A stretch of 64,000 nt of DNA from a virus. The stretch spans positions 1 through 64,000 of the IMG/VR virus record IMGVR_UViG_3300046535_002009; one strand, written 5' to 3'. Under the pieces are notes generated by a model. It saw only the letters and a list, made by a program, of their open reading frames with translations, made no database searches and was not told the origin of the DNA. Of the stretch, positions 28,468-38,059 are shown piece after piece. How positions within the stretch are numbered: position 1 is the stretch's first letter; each line of letters starts with the position of its first letter. A program made the position numbers and the translations under genes.

Positions 28468-29628
28468 ATGAGCACCTTCATCTGCGCCCCGACCGGGCAC
28501 CTGACCCTCGACGACCTGTTCGCTCCCCAGGACCTGACGGCTGCGATCGACGCCAGCCACGTAACCCGGAAGTCGCACCCCGAGCTGCCGCTCTCCATCT
28601 ACACCTACACCGCGGTCTGCCAGTACGCGCAGATCTGGACCCCCATCACCACCCAGTGCCGGGGCCTGATCGCCGACGACCGCACTGGTGAGATCGTCGC
28701 CCTGCCGTTCCCGAAGATCTTCGTCACCGGTCTCCACACCGGCCTCCACGCGTACGCCCCCGCGCTGCCGACCGATGAGCGGTTCGAGATCTTCGAGAAG
28801 GCCGACGGGTCCCTGATCATCGTGTTCCACTACGCCGGGCGCTGGCATGCAGCGTCCAAGGGGTCGTTCATCTCCGAGCAGGCCCAGTGGGCGCAGGCCC
28901 TCCTCGACCGGTCCGACATCTCCCGCCTCGACCCCGGCCTGACCTACCTCGCCGAGGCGATCTACCCGGGCAACCGGATCGTCGTCGACTACGGCGGCCG
29001 GGAGGAGCTGATGCTTCTCGCCGCGTTCCGGCCCGCCGACGGCACCGAGGAGCTCCTGTCCGCCGTCACCCCAGACTGGGCACCGATCGGCCCGGTGGTG
29101 CGCTCCTGGGGCCTGTCCTCGGACATCACCGCCTTGGAGAAGCTCGCCACCCAGGACAGCAGCGTCGATGGCCGGGCCGTCGGGGGCACCGAGGAGGAGG
29201 GCTGGATCGTCCGCTTCGAGTCCGGGCTCCGCGCGAAGATCAAGCTGTCCGCTTACCTGACGCTCCACCGGCTCTACACCGGCACCAACCAACGCACCGT
29301 CTGGGCAGCCCTCGCCAACGGTGAGGATCTGGCCGGCCTGTTCGACCGCGTGCCCGACGAGTTCCGCGAGTGGGTCGATGAGATCGCAGTGCGACTGCGC
29401 GCCGAGCACAAGAAGCTCATCGAGCAGGCCGGCTGGGACTACGCCGCGATCGTCGTCGTCATGGCCCCCGGCGCAAGCCGCAAGGAGTTCGCCGCAGCCG
29501 CGGCCCAGTACAGCAACAGGTCCGCGCTGTTCCTCCTCCACGACCAGCGGTACGCGGCACTCACCGCCTGGGCGTGGAAGCAGGTCCGGCCGGCCGCCGA
29601 GGCTCCGTTCAAGGCAGGCGACGAGTGA
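28468..29628 (+). CDS. T4 Rnl1-like RNA ligase
   Basis: CRGLI, PFPKIF, EKADGSL (motif I), SKGSF, AEAIYPGNRIVVDY, EEGWIV, KIK. Confidence 0.92.
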   Translation: MSTFICAPTGHLTLDDLFAPQDLTAAIDASHVTRKSHPELPLSIYTYTAVCQYAQIWTPITTQCRGLIADDRTGEIVALPFPKIFVTGLHTGLHAYAPALPTDERFEIFEKADGSLIIVFHYAGRWHAASKGSFISEQAQWAQALLDRSDISRLDPGLTYLAEAIYPGNRIVVDYGGREELMLLAAFRPADGTEELLSAVTPDWAPIGPVVRSWGLSSDITALEKLATQDSSVDGRAVGGTEEEGWIVRFESGLRAKIKLSAYLTLHRLYTGTNQRTVWAALANGEDLAGLFDRVPDEFREWVDEIAVRLRAEHKKLIEQAGWDYAAIVVVMAPGASRKEFAAAAAQYSNRSALFLLHDQRYAALTAWAWKQVRPAAEAPFKAGDE

Positions 29629-30035
29629 GCGACTTCGTCCTCATCGAGGAGAACTGGCTCCAGAAGGTCTTCGTGCGGGCCTGGGAGCCCGGGGACGGCC
29701 TGACCTGCTCGCACGCCAAGGCCGCTCCCCGTGACCTCCCCTGCACCGAACCCGTCGCAGTCACGGTGACGGAGGACAAGCGCGAGACCTCCCGCACGGG
29801 TCGGTGGAGCCGGACGGACACACGGCGGCTGCTGTGCCGCAACCACGCGCCCGGCCTGGCGCGGCCCAGCCAGATCCACGCCGACGCCAGGAAGGCCGCC
29901 CTGGAGCGCCTCGCCGTGGAGAACTGGGCGACCTACCAGCGCTACGTGGACGAGGAGATCCAGTCCCGGAGGGACCAGGCCCTTGTGCAGGCGCCGCCCG
30001 AGATTCGCCGCATCGTCCTCGGCGAGGACGCGTGA
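29625..30035 (+). CDS. Hypothetical protein
   Basis: GTGA-coupled to ligase. Confidence 0.65.
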   Translation: MSDFVLIEENWLQKVFVRAWEPGDGLTCSHAKAAPRDLPCTEPVAVTVTEDKRETSRTGRWSRTDTRRLLCRNHAPGLARPSQIHADARKAALERLAVENWATYQRYVDEEIQSRRDQALVQAPPEIRRIVLGEDA

Positions 30036-30076
30036 ACACGCGGCCATCCGCAGCTACCAGAATGTCGAGGCCACCG

Positions 30077-30646
30077 ATGACCGATCTGTTTGCACGTGCA
30101 GCAAAGATCTTCAAGACCGGCCCCGACGGCATCGTCTGGCCCTACGGCCTCAGCGTCCCGGACCGCCGCCGCACCGGGCTCAGCAAGGCGAAGTGGCAGT
30201 GGATGGCCGATCACGCCCGCGCGGCGCAGCTGTCCATCGTGGAATGGGCAGAACACCACGAGGTCAAGGCAAGCCCGATCGGCTGCTGCCCACTCTGGTT
30301 GGCGCGCCCGAGCAGCAGACGCTGCAAGTTCGGTACTTGCCGTAACTACGGCGGCTTGGACTACCTGTGGCTGGACCACCCGATGGGGTGGCTGAAGGAT
30401 GGCAGGCCAGCAGTGCTGACCAGCGCGCCCTACAGGCTGTACGACGAGGACCGCGGCCACATCAACGAATGGCTGCAGAAGGACGACCGGCTGCGCGCCG
30501 ACTTCGGTGGCGGCTGGTACGGCTACAGCACAACGCAGATCGTGATGTGGCGAACGGACCGCATCACAGGTGTCGCGCCCGCCCCGGATCCGCACGGCGA
30601 GGTGAGCCTTGCCGCCCGAACCACGTCACTCGAAGGCGGCATCTGA
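30077..30646 (+). CDS. Hypothetical protein (WLDHP...SAPY motif)
   Basis: ORF with GAGG RBS; somewhat less GC-biased. Confidence 0.65.
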   Translation: MTDLFARAAKIFKTGPDGIVWPYGLSVPDRRRTGLSKAKWQWMADHARAAQLSIVEWAEHHEVKASPIGCCPLWLARPSSRRCKFGTCRNYGGLDYLWLDHPMGWLKDGRPAVLTSAPYRLYDEDRGHINEWLQKDDRLRADFGGGWYGYSTTQIVMWRTDRITGVAPAPDPHGEVSLAARTTSLEGGI

Positions 30647-31026
30647 TGGGTGCTCTGCACCTCGCAGTAGTCCACCAGACGCCGTTCCCGCCCCGCCGTC
30701 GGCGCGGTGGCGGCCGCCGCGGTGGCGGCGGCCGGCGGTTCCTCATCCCGTCTGGGTCGTGCGAGCCCTGCCGCGACCACTGGCACCACCGCTGCCGCGG
30801 CGTCGACGTCCTCGACGAGCACCGCCCGGACTGCCGCTGCCCTTGTGGCGACCCGCGCGACCCCACCGGGCTGCGGCTCAGCGCCGCCGCCTGGACCGAC
30901 CTCGCCCAGCACGTCCCTCAGCAGGTCTGGGTCGCCGTCCAGTTGCAGAGCCTCCGCGAAGGCGGCGGCGTCTTCGTCTGCGCGTGGCGGTCGGACGACA
31001 ACGGCCTGCGGTCGGCACTGCGGTGA
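30646..31026 (+). CDS. Hypothetical Cys/His protein
   Basis: TGATG coupling. Confidence 0.55.
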   Translation: MGALHLAVVHQTPFPPRRRRGGGRRGGGGRRFLIPSGSCEPCRDHWHHRCRGVDVLDEHRPDCRCPCGDPRDPTGLRLSAAAWTDLAQHVPQQVWVAVQLQSLREGGGVFVCAWRSDDNGLRSALR

Positions 31027-31418
31027 GCGAGGTCGACGACCTCCGGGCGGAGAACGAGCAGCTCCGCCTCGCGCTCGCCGCGGCGCAGCGCCCCATCCCC
31101 GCGCTGCCGACCGAGCACGACGGAGAGCCGATCACCTGGCGCCCGTGGGAGCCCTCCCCGGTGATCCTCTGCTTCAAGGCCGGGGACCTCAACATCTGCC
31201 CGCAGTGCGACCACCCGGGCCCCTCTCTCCTCGCCCTCGGCCTGGCCGGCCCAGGCCGCCCCGTCATCCGCTTCAACGCCCGGCGCTGCCCCGGCTGTCA
31301 GGAGATGGCCGTCTACGAGCGCCGCCACCACCAGTACCGAATCGGCGCCGAGCTGGTCGAGATCGCCTACCACCCGCCGCACACCGGCCCGTTCCCTACA
31401 CCGAGAGAAGCGTCATGA
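31023..31418 (+). CDS. Hypothetical Zn-ribbon protein
   Basis: CPQC, CPGC; coupled. Confidence 0.6.
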   Translation: MSEVDDLRAENEQLRLALAAAQRPIPALPTEHDGEPITWRPWEPSPVILCFKAGDLNICPQCDHPGPSLLALGLAGPGRPVIRFNARRCPGCQEMAVYERRHHQYRIGAELVEIAYHPPHTGPFPTPREAS

Positions 31419-32107
31419 CCCCTCCACTCAACCCCCTCCTGTCCGGAGTCGTCGGCTCCACCGCATACGGCCTCGCGCACGCCGGCTCCGACGTCGACCG
31501 GCTCGGCGTGTTCGCCGCACCGACGCACGCCCTCCACGGGCTTGGCCGGCCGCCCGAGTCGGCCGTCACCACGAACCCGGACTCGACCTGGCACGAGGCC
31601 GCGAAGTGGTGTCGGCTCGCCCTCGGATGCAACCCGACCGCCATGGAGCTGGTCTGGCTCGACAGCTACGAGGTCGAGACCGAACTCGGCCAGGACCTGA
31701 TCGGCCTCCGGCAGTCGTTCCTCAGCGCTGGCCGCGTGCGAGATGCCTACCTCGGCTACGCCACCCAGCAGTTCCGCAAGCTCCAGGCCCGCGGCGACGG
31801 CACGTTCAGCAGCGATGTCCGCGGCCGGACCGCCAAGCACGCACGGCACCTCGTCCGGCTCCTGCAGCAAGGCGTCGGGCTGCACCGGACCGGGCACCTG
31901 ACCATCCGGATCGCCGACCCGAACCATGTGCAGTACCTGGCCGGCCGCCTCGTCGCGGCCCCGGTCTACGGCGAGGAACTCCTTCAGGACGCCAGCCAGG
32001 CCTTCGACTCTCCCGGCGTCCTGCCCGGCCGGCCCGACGAGAGCTCCGTCGAGAAGTGGCTCCACGCGGTTCGCGCCACCTACTACCGGCCGGAGGCCGA
32101 CCGATGA
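31415..32107 (+). CDS. Pol-beta superfamily nucleotidyltransferase (Nuc-transf/YcgL-RlaP-like)
   Basis: GSTAYGLAHAGSDVDRLGVF, CNPTAMELVW, YLGYA, KHARHLVRLL. Confidence 0.88.
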   Translation: MTPPLNPLLSGVVGSTAYGLAHAGSDVDRLGVFAAPTHALHGLGRPPESAVTTNPDSTWHEAAKWCRLALGCNPTAMELVWLDSYEVETELGQDLIGLRQSFLSAGRVRDAYLGYATQQFRKLQARGDGTFSSDVRGRTAKHARHLVRLLQQGVGLHRTGHLTIRIADPNHVQYLAGRLVAAPVYGEELLQDASQAFDSPGVLPGRPDESSVEKWLHAVRATYYRPEADR

Positions 32108-33018
32108 TCACCGTTCACCTCACCACCGGACTCCCCGCCTCCGGGAAGAGCACGCACGCACGGCACCTGGTCGCCGAGTCCGGCGGTCGCATGCGGCGCG
32201 TCAACATGGACGACATCCGGGCCATGCTCGATGACCACGGCAGCGGCCGGGTCTGGAGCAGGGAGCACGAGAAGACCGCGCTCGCCGTCCAGGACGCGGC
32301 GGTACTCGCCGCGGTGGCCGACGGCTTCGACGTCGTGGTCGACAACACCCACCTCACCACGCACATGCCCAGCCGCATCCGAGCGGCGCTCACCGGCCAG
32401 GACGTCACCTTCGTCATCCACGACTTCACCCACGTCCCGCTCGAGGAGTGCCTGGCCCGGGACGCCGCCCGCCCGGCGCCGGTCGGCGAGGACGCGATCC
32501 GCCGCCTGCACCAGCGCCTCCAGTCCGCCCGCAAGAGCGGCTGGAAGCTCACCGCGGAGTGGATGTCCGGCCGGCTCCCCGTCGAGCCGTACACGCCGCT
32601 TCCCGGCCTCCCGCCGGCGGTCCTCTGCGACATCGACGGCACTCTGGCCCTGCACGTCTCCCGCGGCCCGTACGACTTCGAGCGGTGCGGCGAGGACGCG
32701 CTGAACACCGCGGTCAGCGACACCGTGGACCTGTTTCGCGACGCCGGCCACCGCATCGTCCTCATGTCCGGGCGCAGCGAGGAGTTCCGGCCCCAGACCG
32801 AGGCCTGGCTCGCCAAGCAGGACGTCGCCTACGACGAGCTGTGGATGCGCGCCACCGGCGATGTCCGCCGCGACGACGTGGTGAAGCTGCAGCTGTTCAA
32901 CACCCACGTCCGCGACCGGTACCAGGTCGTCCTCAGCCTCGACGACCGCGACCGCGTCGTCGCCCTCTGGCGGACGCTCGGCATCCCGACCTTCCAGGTC
33001 AACTACGGCAACTTCTAG
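32104..33018 (+). CDS. pseT: Polynucleotide 5'-kinase/3'-phosphatase (T4 PseT/Pnkp-like)
   Basis: GLPASGKST P-loop, VVVDNT; HAD DIDGT, SGR, DDR. Confidence 0.92.
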   Translation: MITVHLTTGLPASGKSTHARHLVAESGGRMRRVNMDDIRAMLDDHGSGRVWSREHEKTALAVQDAAVLAAVADGFDVVVDNTHLTTHMPSRIRAALTGQDVTFVIHDFTHVPLEECLARDAARPAPVGEDAIRRLHQRLQSARKSGWKLTAEWMSGRLPVEPYTPLPGLPPAVLCDIDGTLALHVSRGPYDFERCGEDALNTAVSDTVDLFRDAGHRIVLMSGRSEEFRPQTEAWLAKQDVAYDELWMRATGDVRRDDVVKLQLFNTHVRDRYQVVLSLDDRDRVVALWRTLGIPTFQVNYGNF

Positions 33019-33025
33019 GAGCAGC

Positions 33026-33934
33026 GTGTCCCGCGTCTACTTCCGCTCCCCGTCGGGCTGCGCTGAGCTCCACGGCAGCGAGCGTGCCCGGCTCGGCGGC
33101 ATCGCCAACGACATCGCCATCGGAGCGCTCCACCTCGACGACCACCACATCATCGAGCGCCTGCAGCAGCTCATCCCCGACGGGCACTTCATGACCCGCC
33201 AGCACCCCAGAGGGCCGGATTGGGCCCTCACCTGGGCCGACAGCTTCCGAACGGCCCTGCTGGTCAACTTCGGCCAGACCCCGCTCATCGCCTACCGCGG
33301 CCAGGAGGTCGACGCCTTCGACCTCGTGCTGAACAGCGCCCTGGCGCTCGGCAACGACGCGGTCAGGCTCGGGGTCCGGATTCACGGCCAGTGCGAGATC
33401 CACGGGTGGGTCGACGGCTCGAACCGGGCTTGGCTCGCCGACATCATGCAGGCCGGACTCGATGCGGGTATCTACCGGCACGGCTTCTGGCGCGAGCCGC
33501 TGCCGGGCAGTACCGCCCCGCGGCAGTGGCTGAGCCAGGGCTGGGACGAGGTGATCGAGTTCCTGCGAGCCCAGGACGACGAGCCGGTCGTCATGTCGTA
33601 CTCGGTGACTGACGGCTTCCCCAACGAGATGGTCGGCGACTGGATGCCTCCTTGGCCTGCTGACGTCCCGAAGAAGCTCGGCTGGGACGGACTGAGCGAG
33701 GAGCAGCAGACGGAGCGACAGACCCGGGCGGACGCCTGGTGGGAGCTCGACGACGCCGAGCAGTGGCGGATCTCCATGGCCGGGCTGCGGCAGCACGGCG
33801 GCGGCCGGGAGCTGCGCCCCGGCAACTGGCAGGAGTTCCGGTTCGGCCACCGCCTGTCGGTGCTGGACCTGGTGGCCCAGGACTGGGAGGACCGCCTCGC
33901 ACGGGCCCTGGGTCTTGTGGCTACCGCAAGTTGA
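33026..33934 (+). CDS. Hypothetical protein
   Basis: AGGAG RBS; long high-GC3 ORF. Confidence 0.75.
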   Translation: MSRVYFRSPSGCAELHGSERARLGGIANDIAIGALHLDDHHIIERLQQLIPDGHFMTRQHPRGPDWALTWADSFRTALLVNFGQTPLIAYRGQEVDAFDLVLNSALALGNDAVRLGVRIHGQCEIHGWVDGSNRAWLADIMQAGLDAGIYRHGFWREPLPGSTAPRQWLSQGWDEVIEFLRAQDDEPVVMSYSVTDGFPNEMVGDWMPPWPADVPKKLGWDGLSEEQQTERQTRADAWWELDDAEQWRISMAGLRQHGGGRELRPGNWQEFRFGHRLSVLDLVAQDWEDRLARALGLVATAS

Positions 33935-34032
33935 TCGGTCTCGCCTGCTGGCCAGTCGTATCCCCGAACCCGCGGCCGGCGACTCCTCGCCGGTCTACGC
34001 TGACCCCGGGTGTGCCTGGGAGGAGAGAAGTG

Positions 34033-34566
34033 ATGTACCAGATGCGTGAGGCGACGGCCTCCGACGCCAGGCCGATCGCCGAGATGGTGCGGGCCCGCTC
34101 CGCATGGCTGTCCGCGCGTGGGCTGGGCGAGTGCGCGGACATGGCCGACGAGTACGGCTCGCAGGCGGGGAACCCGGCGTTCCCCGTGTGGGTGCTGGAG
34201 CACGAGACGGACGGAGTCGTCGGCTGCACGTCCACCTTCGGCAACGAGGCGCTGCCCCCGTTCGCGTTCAGCGAGGAGGAGCGCGCCGAGCCGACGCTGT
34301 TCCTCGCCACGACGTTCACCGTGCCCAACCCGCACCGCCTCGGCCGGCTGATCGCCTGGTGGGCGCTGAACCGGGCCGCCGAACAGGGCCTCGCATGGGT
34401 TCGCCGCGGGACCGGCCAGGAGCAGCTCGCCCGCTACTACCAGGAGGCGCAGGGCTGGGAGCTGCTGCGCGTCGTGGATCGGCGCGGGGCGAAGGTCTTC
34501 TTTCTGCAGCGCGAGGCCGCTGCGGTGCCGGAGCTGGCCGACCTGATGGCCGGCCGCGGCCTGTAG
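34033..34566 (+). CDS. GNAT-fold acyltransferase
   Basis: MREATASD start, LFLATTFT..LGRLI, LARYYQEAQGW; GGAGGAG RBS. Confidence 0.75.
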   Translation: MYQMREATASDARPIAEMVRARSAWLSARGLGECADMADEYGSQAGNPAFPVWVLEHETDGVVGCTSTFGNEALPPFAFSEEERAEPTLFLATTFTVPNPHRLGRLIAWWALNRAAEQGLAWVRRGTGQEQLARYYQEAQGWELLRVVDRRGAKVFFLQREAAAVPELADLMAGRGL

Positions 34567-34568
34567 CG

Positions 34569-34617
34569 ACACGCCGAGGGCCCGCAGCAGAGCGACTGCT
34601 GCGGGCCCTCGGCGTGT
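34569..34617. terminator. Bidirectional terminator
   Basis: Perfect 22-bp stem ACACGCCGAGGGCCCGCAGCAG-AGCGA-CTGCTGCGGGCCCTCGGCGTGT between convergent genes. Confidence 0.85.
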
Positions 34618-36198
34618 TCAGCGGCGGGTGAGTGCGGAGTCCGCCAGTAGTGCGAAGACGACTTCGTGGTCGCCTGCGGCCGGGGTGCCGTCCTCCAGCC
34701 GGTCGGCGACCTGGCCGAGGCCGTCGGGGTTCAGCAGCCGGGCGTCGATCAGCGGGGAGCCGTCGGCCAGGATTCGGCGGATGCGGGGCACACCGTGGCG
34801 GCGCATGGCCTCGGTGATGATCTGCTGAAAGTTCTCCACGATCGGCGGCCGGGCGACCTGAGGCGGCATGCCCGTGCGGGCGATGATCACCCGGAGCACC
34901 TGCTTGTCCCGCCGCCATTCCAGGGGAAGCCACTCGCAGAACCGGACAAGCGCCGGATCGGTGAGCGGGTGGGCCGGCCACAGACCGTGGCGCAGGAACG
35001 CCGGGCCGCAGACCGCCTTCGCCATCAGCGCGGTCTCGGGGACGACCGCGGCCGGGGTGATCGCCGTGTCAATGTCCGGCAGGAGGGCCTGGGCGGCGGT
35101 GCCCAGCCACGGCGGAGTGCTGGTCGGCTCGAACCCTCCCCAGCCGCCGGTGTCCTCGGCCGCGGTGGTGGCCATCAGCTCGTCTCCGCCGATGCCCGTG
35201 AACACGGCCCTGATTCCCGCCTGGGAGAACCGGCCCGAGAGGGTGTCGAGGGCATCCGCGTAGATGTCCGTGGTCGGGGAGACCCATACCGGCCGACTGA
35301 ACCGGGAGACCGGCCCGTACGGCAGGTGGTCGGCGGCCTGCACGGCCAGGCTCGACCAGCCGGACGCGATGTGGTCCAGGAGCAGCTGTCGCCGATCGGA
35401 CTGCTGGGCGCCGCGTTCGGCGTCGAGGATGACCGTCCCGGCGGTCACGCCGGCCCCCTGCGGGGCGGTACGCATGGCCAGGGCGACCGTCGTGGAGTCC
35501 ATCCCGCCGGACAGCTGCACCGCGGTCTTGGAGCCGGTCCACGGCAGGCGCGTGACGGCCCGCTCCAGCAGGTCGGCGAACAGCGGGATCGGGTCCATGC
35601 CCTGCTGGAGCGACCGTGCCCGGCTGTGCTCCGCGGGAGCAGGGAACTGGATGGCGAGCGCCCCGTCCACTCCGAAGTGGGCTGTTGCCCGCTCGGTGAG
35701 GAGCCGGACGTCCTGCCAGAAGGTCGCCGCCGAGTACCGGGCGCGCAGGGCGAGGTGGCGGGTGATGGCGAGATGGTCGAGCCGGTCCGGGCGCTGCTGG
35801 TCGCGGAGGTTCATCAGGTCCCACGAGCCGTACAGGACACTGCCGTCGGCGGCCAGGTACTGCGGGGCGGTGCACGCGGTGCCGGTCGTGACCTGGACGG
35901 CCCGGCCGGGTTCGACATGGACGGCAGTCCAGTCGTCGTGGAGCTCGTGCAGCTCGCGGACGGCCTTGTCGTAGGCGCCAGCCGAGACGGTGGCCACCTC
36001 GGGCCGGCCCGGGCGCTCGCCGCTGCGCCTGGCGGACGAGGTGAACAGAGTGCGGGTGCCGTCGGTGAGGGCGGTCTGCTCGGTCAGGACGTGGCGGTAC
36101 GGCTCGATCCAGGACGTCCCGCACTGCCAGCGGCTGGCGCACCAGGCCCAGGTCCGGCCGGGGAGGTTGTCGTCGTGGGTGATGCGGAGGTCGAACAT
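34618..36198 (-). CDS. Asparagine-synthetase/lasso-cyclase-like ATP-dependent amide ligase (no N-terminal Cys)
   Basis: LSGGMDST PP-loop, FTGIGGDEL, HPLTDPALV...DKQVLR. Confidence 0.85.
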   Translation of the reverse strand: MFDLRITHDDNLPGRTWAWCASRWQCGTSWIEPYRHVLTEQTALTDGTRTLFTSSARRSGERPGRPEVATVSAGAYDKAVRELHELHDDWTAVHVEPGRAVQVTTGTACTAPQYLAADGSVLYGSWDLMNLRDQQRPDRLDHLAITRHLALRARYSAATFWQDVRLLTERATAHFGVDGALAIQFPAPAEHSRARSLQQGMDPIPLFADLLERAVTRLPWTGSKTAVQLSGGMDSTTVALAMRTAPQGAGVTAGTVILDAERGAQQSDRRQLLLDHIASGWSSLAVQAADHLPYGPVSRFSRPVWVSPTTDIYADALDTLSGRFSQAGIRAVFTGIGGDELMATTAAEDTGGWGGFEPTSTPPWLGTAAQALLPDIDTAITPAAVVPETALMAKAVCGPAFLRHGLWPAHPLTDPALVRFCEWLPLEWRRDKQVLRVIIARTGMPPQVARPPIVENFQQIITEAMRRHGVPRIRRILADGSPLIDARLLNPDGLGQVADRLEDGTPAAGDHEVVFALLADSALTRR

Positions 36199-36239
36199 CA
36201 GCTGTCGGCCCTTCGTGCGCCGGTGAGGGTGGACGCGGC

Positions 36240-36270
36240 CCGGCCGCAGCGGACGTGCCGCTGCGGCCGG
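36240..36270 (-). promoter_or_regulatory. Intercistronic hairpin after peptide gene
   Basis: CCGGCCGCAGCGG-N5-CCGCTGCGGCCGG, 13-bp perfect stem. Confidence 0.75.
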
Positions 36271-36281
36271 ACGAGGGACTG

Positions 36282-36440
36282 TCAGACAGCCGTGGTGTCG
36301 TACGTCTGGACCGAGTCGCTGGACCCGGCGATCTTCTTGTACGAGTACCGGTCGGTGGTGTCCATGACCTCGTACGCCGGCTCGTCGCCGAAGATCCGGC
36401 CGGCGGCCTCCAGCAGCATGCGCTCGTCGGTGATGATCAC
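36282..36440 (-). CDS. Putative RiPP precursor peptide (52 aa), absent from ORF track
   Basis: MIITDERMLLEAAGRIFGDEPAYEVMDTTDRYSYKKIAGSSDSVQTYDTTAV; GAAGGGA RBS; nearly all codons end in G/C. Confidence 0.78.
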   Translation of the reverse strand: MIITDERMLLEAAGRIFGDEPAYEVMDTTDRYSYKKIAGSSDSVQTYDTTAV

Positions 36441-36706
36441 GGGCCTGTTCCCTTCACCTGGGCTTGGACGGCCCCCTCGCCAGGTCGGTAAGGGGGCCCG
36501 GCACCAGCCGGTTGCCGGTGTCGGCGCCGGCCCGGGGTGTGCCTCTGGCTGGCCGGCGCACCATCAGGTAACCGCTCGGGTCGCGCGTGCGGCAGGGCTC
36601 CGAGGCCAATCTGCAAACGGCATGCAGAACACGCACACGCTGTGCGCGGCCCGTCGCTCCGGGTGTACCGTCAGGACTGTTGCCACACTCCCGAGTTGGA
36701 GGACAG

Positions 36707-38059
36707 ATGGCGGTGCCCACGGCCGGGGGCCGGGAGATCGGAGCAGTGATCCGGGGCGCCCGGGCAGAAGCCCGGATGACGCAGCAAGACCTCGGAGAGA
36801 AGTGCGGATACTCCGCGTCCACGATGAGTCGCGTCGAGGCCGGCACGCTCCGGCCGACCCCGGAGACCCTGCTGCGCATCGCCGAGGCCCTGGACCTGCC
36901 ACCGCAGCGCCTGGGCATCGTCCCGGTACCGGCGCAGCGGCGCGCCTCCCCGAGCTGCTCCCCCGCGGCCGGTCCGGCGGCTAGGGTGGCCAACGGTGTG
37001 ATGCAGGCTCAGCAGGAGGTCCCAGTGCGACGTAGAGAACTGCTGGCTGGCATGGCGGGCACCGCGGCCGCCGCCATCATCCCCACCCCCGCAGCGGCAG
37101 CAACCGCCTCGACATCGGACGACGACCTGGCCGCCGCACTGGAGCGCGCCCTGTACGCCCCGGACGCCATCGGACCGGCGCCGGCGGCCGTCGTGGAGCA
37201 GCACCTGGCCGCCGCCCGGGGCGACTTCACCGCGGCCCGCTACGGCCGCCTCGGTCAGGCCCTGCCCGGACTCATCGGCGCCGCCGAGGCCGGCCGCGAC
37301 GCATCGGCTGGCGCCGCCCGCGAGCGCGCGCACTCCACCGTCGCCCGCGCGTACGTCCTCGCGACCGAGCTCGCCGTGAAGCAGCACTCCGACATCGCCT
37401 GGGTCGCCGCCGACCGAGCGCTGGCCTCGGCCCGCGCCGGCGGCAGCCCGGTCGTGATCGGCGAGGCGGCCCGGGTGCTGGCCATCACCATGCGCCGCTC
37501 CGGACGGCCCGCCGCAGCCGTCGACCTGCTGCGCCGCACCGCCGCAGACCTTGCCGACCAGCGTGGCGCCGCACCGCAGGCTGTCGCAGCGACCCTGATG
37601 TTCACCGCGGCGTACACCGCCGCGTGCGACCGGCGCCGCAGCGACGCCCTCGACCTCATGGCCGGTGCCGACGAGGCGATCCGTCGGCTCCCGGCCGACA
37701 CGCCTGCAGCGCCGCTGTTCACCGTTGACGCGACTGCGGCGCAGCGCGACCTCTACTGGATCGGCGTGCACAACGCCCTCGGTACACCGGACGAGGGCGT
37801 GCCCTACGCCGCGCGCCTCACTGCCGTGGCGCTGCCGACCGCCGAGCGCCGCGCCCGCCTCGGCACCGACACCGCCCGCATGTGGCACCAGCTCGGCGAC
37901 CAGCGCCGCACCTTCACTGCGCTGCGCCTCGTCGAGCAGGCCGCCCCGGAAGAGGCGCGGCGGCCGGCGCTGCGCGCGCTGACCGCCGACCTTCTCTACT
38001 CACCCGCCCCGCTGCCGGGGGTGAGGGAGTTCGCCCGCAGGACCGGCGCGGCCTCCTGA
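36707..38059 (+). CDS. XRE-family HTH regulator with long helical (TPR-like) C-terminus
   Basis: ARAEARMTQQDLGEKCGYSASTMSRVEAG; GGAGG RBS. Confidence 0.88.
   Translation: MAVPTAGGREIGAVIRGARAEARMTQQDLGEKCGYSASTMSRVEAGTLRPTPETLLRIAEALDLPPQRLGIVPVPAQRRASPSCSPAAGPAARVANGVMQAQQEVPVRRRELLAGMAGTAAAAIIPTPAAAATASTSDDDLAAALERALYAPDAIGPAPAAVVEQHLAAARGDFTAARYGRLGQALPGLIGAAEAGRDASAGAARERAHSTVARAYVLATELAVKQHSDIAWVAADRALASARAGGSPVVIGEAARVLAITMRRSGRPAAAVDLLRRTAADLADQRGAAPQAVAATLMFTAAYTAACDRRRSDALDLMAGADEAIRRLPADTPAAPLFTVDATAAQRDLYWIGVHNALGTPDEGVPYAARLTAVALPTAERRARLGTDTARMWHQLGDQRRTFTALRLVEQAAPEEARRPALRALTADLLYSPAPLPGVREFARRTGAAS

Noticed and set aside
36282-36440. Canonical lasso peptide precursor
   Set aside because: No YxxPxL or Thr(-2) before a Gly-start core with an acidic residue at 7-9; no B1/B2 genes in the window
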